The notes under the pieces were generated by a model. It made no database searches and was not told where the DNA came from. It saw nothing but the letters and a program-made list of their open reading frames with translations. Of a stretch of DNA of 64,000 nt, positions 62,560 to 64,000 are shown one piece after another. The translations under genes and the position numbers were made by a program. This stretch comes from an uncultured delta proteobacterium (lineage in GTDB: Bacteria; Myxococcota_A; Polyangia; Polyangiales; B10-G4), in the NCBI GenBank assembly GCA_963727445.1, contig CAVSGI010000008.1:192001-256000 (forward strand), written 5' to 3'. The first letter of the stretch is position 1. Each line of letters starts with the position of its first letter.

Positions 62560-63390
62560 TCACGGGCTCGGGTGGCACTCGGGCATGGGCCCGTCGTCGC
62601 TCGGCGGCTGCTCTCGCGTGGCGGCGAGCCGCCCCTCGACGATGCGCGCGATGGTTCGGGCGTTGTCGCAGGAGTGCTGCGCGGCCTCCAAGGAGGTCTG
62701 ACAGAGGCCGCGCTCGGTCTCGTCCCGCATGGCGGCGCACCGAGCGGTCTCGCGGTCGATATCCGCGCACGCCGTCTCTTCGTTTTCGCGTGCCTCGGCG
62801 AGCTGTGTCTCGAGCCACCCTTCTGCCTGCGCCTTCGCCTCGGCGCGCGCCTCCTCGATGCGCGCGACGAGCTCGGCGCGCATCTGCTCGCATTCATCGG
62901 CGGTCCCGTAAGTCGTGACGTAGGTCGTGCTCACCGATTCGGCGGGCGTCCCTTCGGCGGCAGCCCGGGGCGCGGCGAAGAGAAGATCGAGGTCGCTCAG
63001 GATGTGCCGGTTGACCAGGAACGCCCCGCTGTCCGGCCGCTCCATCGAAGGCAGGAGCGCCGGCCGACAGGGGCGCGCGAGGTGCGCCTCCATGGCCGCG
63101 TCGGAGGGGAGCTGCATCTGCTGCTGCGTGAGGCGCTCACAGATCGCGCGCTCGCGCTCGGTGTCTCCGGGGACCTCGATGTCGATCCAGTTGTCGGGTG
63201 CGGACGCTCCGGGCGAGAGCACCCACACCCGCGCCCGAAAAGCGGGCGGGCCGGAGGCTGCCCGCTCCCCGGCGGACGCGGCGCCGGATTCGGCGTCGAG
63301 GTCCTCCGGCAGCGGGGCCGGGCGCAGCTCTCCGCCCGTTCCCCCGCAGCCCCCGAGGGTCACCAGCAGAGCCGCCGTCCAGCGCTTCAT
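62560..63390 (-). CDS. Hypothetical lipoprotein with coiled coil
   Basis: MKRWTAALLVTLGGC; AGGAG RBS. Confidence 0.75.
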   Translation of the reverse strand: MKRWTAALLVTLGGCGGTGGELRPAPLPEDLDAESGAASAGERAASGPPAFRARVWVLSPGASAPDNWIDIEVPGDTERERAICERLTQQQMQLPSDAAMEAHLARPCRPALLPSMERPDSGAFLVNRHILSDLDLLFAAPRAAAEGTPAESVSTTYVTTYGTADECEQMRAELVARIEEARAEAKAQAEGWLETQLAEARENEETACADIDRETARCAAMRDETERGLCQTSLEAAQHSCDNARTIARIVEGRLAATREQPPSDDGPMPECHPSP

Positions 63391-63483
63391 CTCCTGCCGA
63401 GTCACGCGATCGTCCTTCCACAGGCTAAAGGAAACGAGCGTCACATGTGGAAAGTCCGCGAGGTCCGGGGCACACTGCCCCCC

Positions 63484-64000
63484 GTGACGCGCTGGACCCT
63501 TTCCTTGCTTCTGATCGCTCTGTCGGGCTGTAGCTTCATCGACGATTTCGGGCGCTACAGCGTCGGAGATGGTGGGGCGCCCGACACGAGCATGGCCGAC
63601 TCGACCGTCCCCGACTCGTCGATGCCGGACTCGACCATGCCCGACGGCTCGGTCGACTCCACCGTCATGGACACGGGCACCCCCGACACCGGTCCGCCCC
63701 TGCCCACTTGCGCCACGGCCTGGCTCGAGCCCGGCGTCTCAGAGACCACGACCACCACCGACAGCGGTGACGACTCCGAGGGCAGCTGCGGCGGCGCGGG
63801 GAGCAACGACGTGGTCTACGCCTTCGTCGCCCCCGAGGACGACTACTACCTCTTCGACACCAACGGCAGCGGCTTCGACACCGTCCTCTATCTGGACGAG
63901 ACGTGCGCGGGCGACGTGGAGCTCGCCTGTAACGACGATGGCGCCACCCCACCGCAGTCGGAGGTCGTTCGAAAGATGAACGCCGGCGACACGGTGATCG
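63484..64000 (+). CDS. Lipoprotein with PPC-like domain, runs off window end
   Basis: VTRWTLSLLLIALSGC; DS linker; GSCGG..SNDVVYAF, FDTVLYL, ELACNDD. Confidence 0.85.
   Translation, partial: MTRWTLSLLLIALSGCSFIDDFGRYSVGDGGAPDTSMADSTVPDSSMPDSTMPDGSVDSTVMDTGTPDTGPPLPTCATAWLEPGVSETTTTTDSGDDSEGSCGGAGSNDVVYAFVAPEDDYYLFDTNGSGFDTVLYLDETCAGDVELACNDDGATPPQSEVVRKMNAGDTVI

Overview
GC-rich bacterial chromosome segment, most likely a myxobacterium (Polyangia/Sandaracinaceae-like), inferred from a MYXO-CTERM protein, DUF1592/DUF1552, DUF4398-OmpA, many Ser/Thr kinases, FHA proteins and Cys-rich lipoproteins. Many genes, including essential dnaE, are broken by single-base indels, which points to an unpolished long-read assembly. 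Recognisable content: dnaE coupled to mutH, a queA-like/SDR pair, tRNA-Lys(UUU), tRNA-Glu(UUC), bfd-bfr with a Fur-like box, a DEAD-box helicase, PiT-DUF47, an alpha-amylase and an L,D-transpeptidase, plus an accessory region after tRNA-Glu. The most notable signal is non-coding: the same -10 element and ~75-nt two-hairpin 5' leader occurs twice, 8.3 kb apart on opposite strands, before a SlyD-hemerythrin-like fusion gene and before the DEAD-box helicase, making it a candidate cis-regulatory RNA. Other highlights: an integrase-less 2.1-kb islet between 39-bp direct repeats at tRNA-Glu, a four-copy REP-like element between mutH and queA, a duplicated tRNA-Lys fragment, and many leaderless or bidirectional promoters. 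All family assignments come from motif recognition by eye, not database searches.
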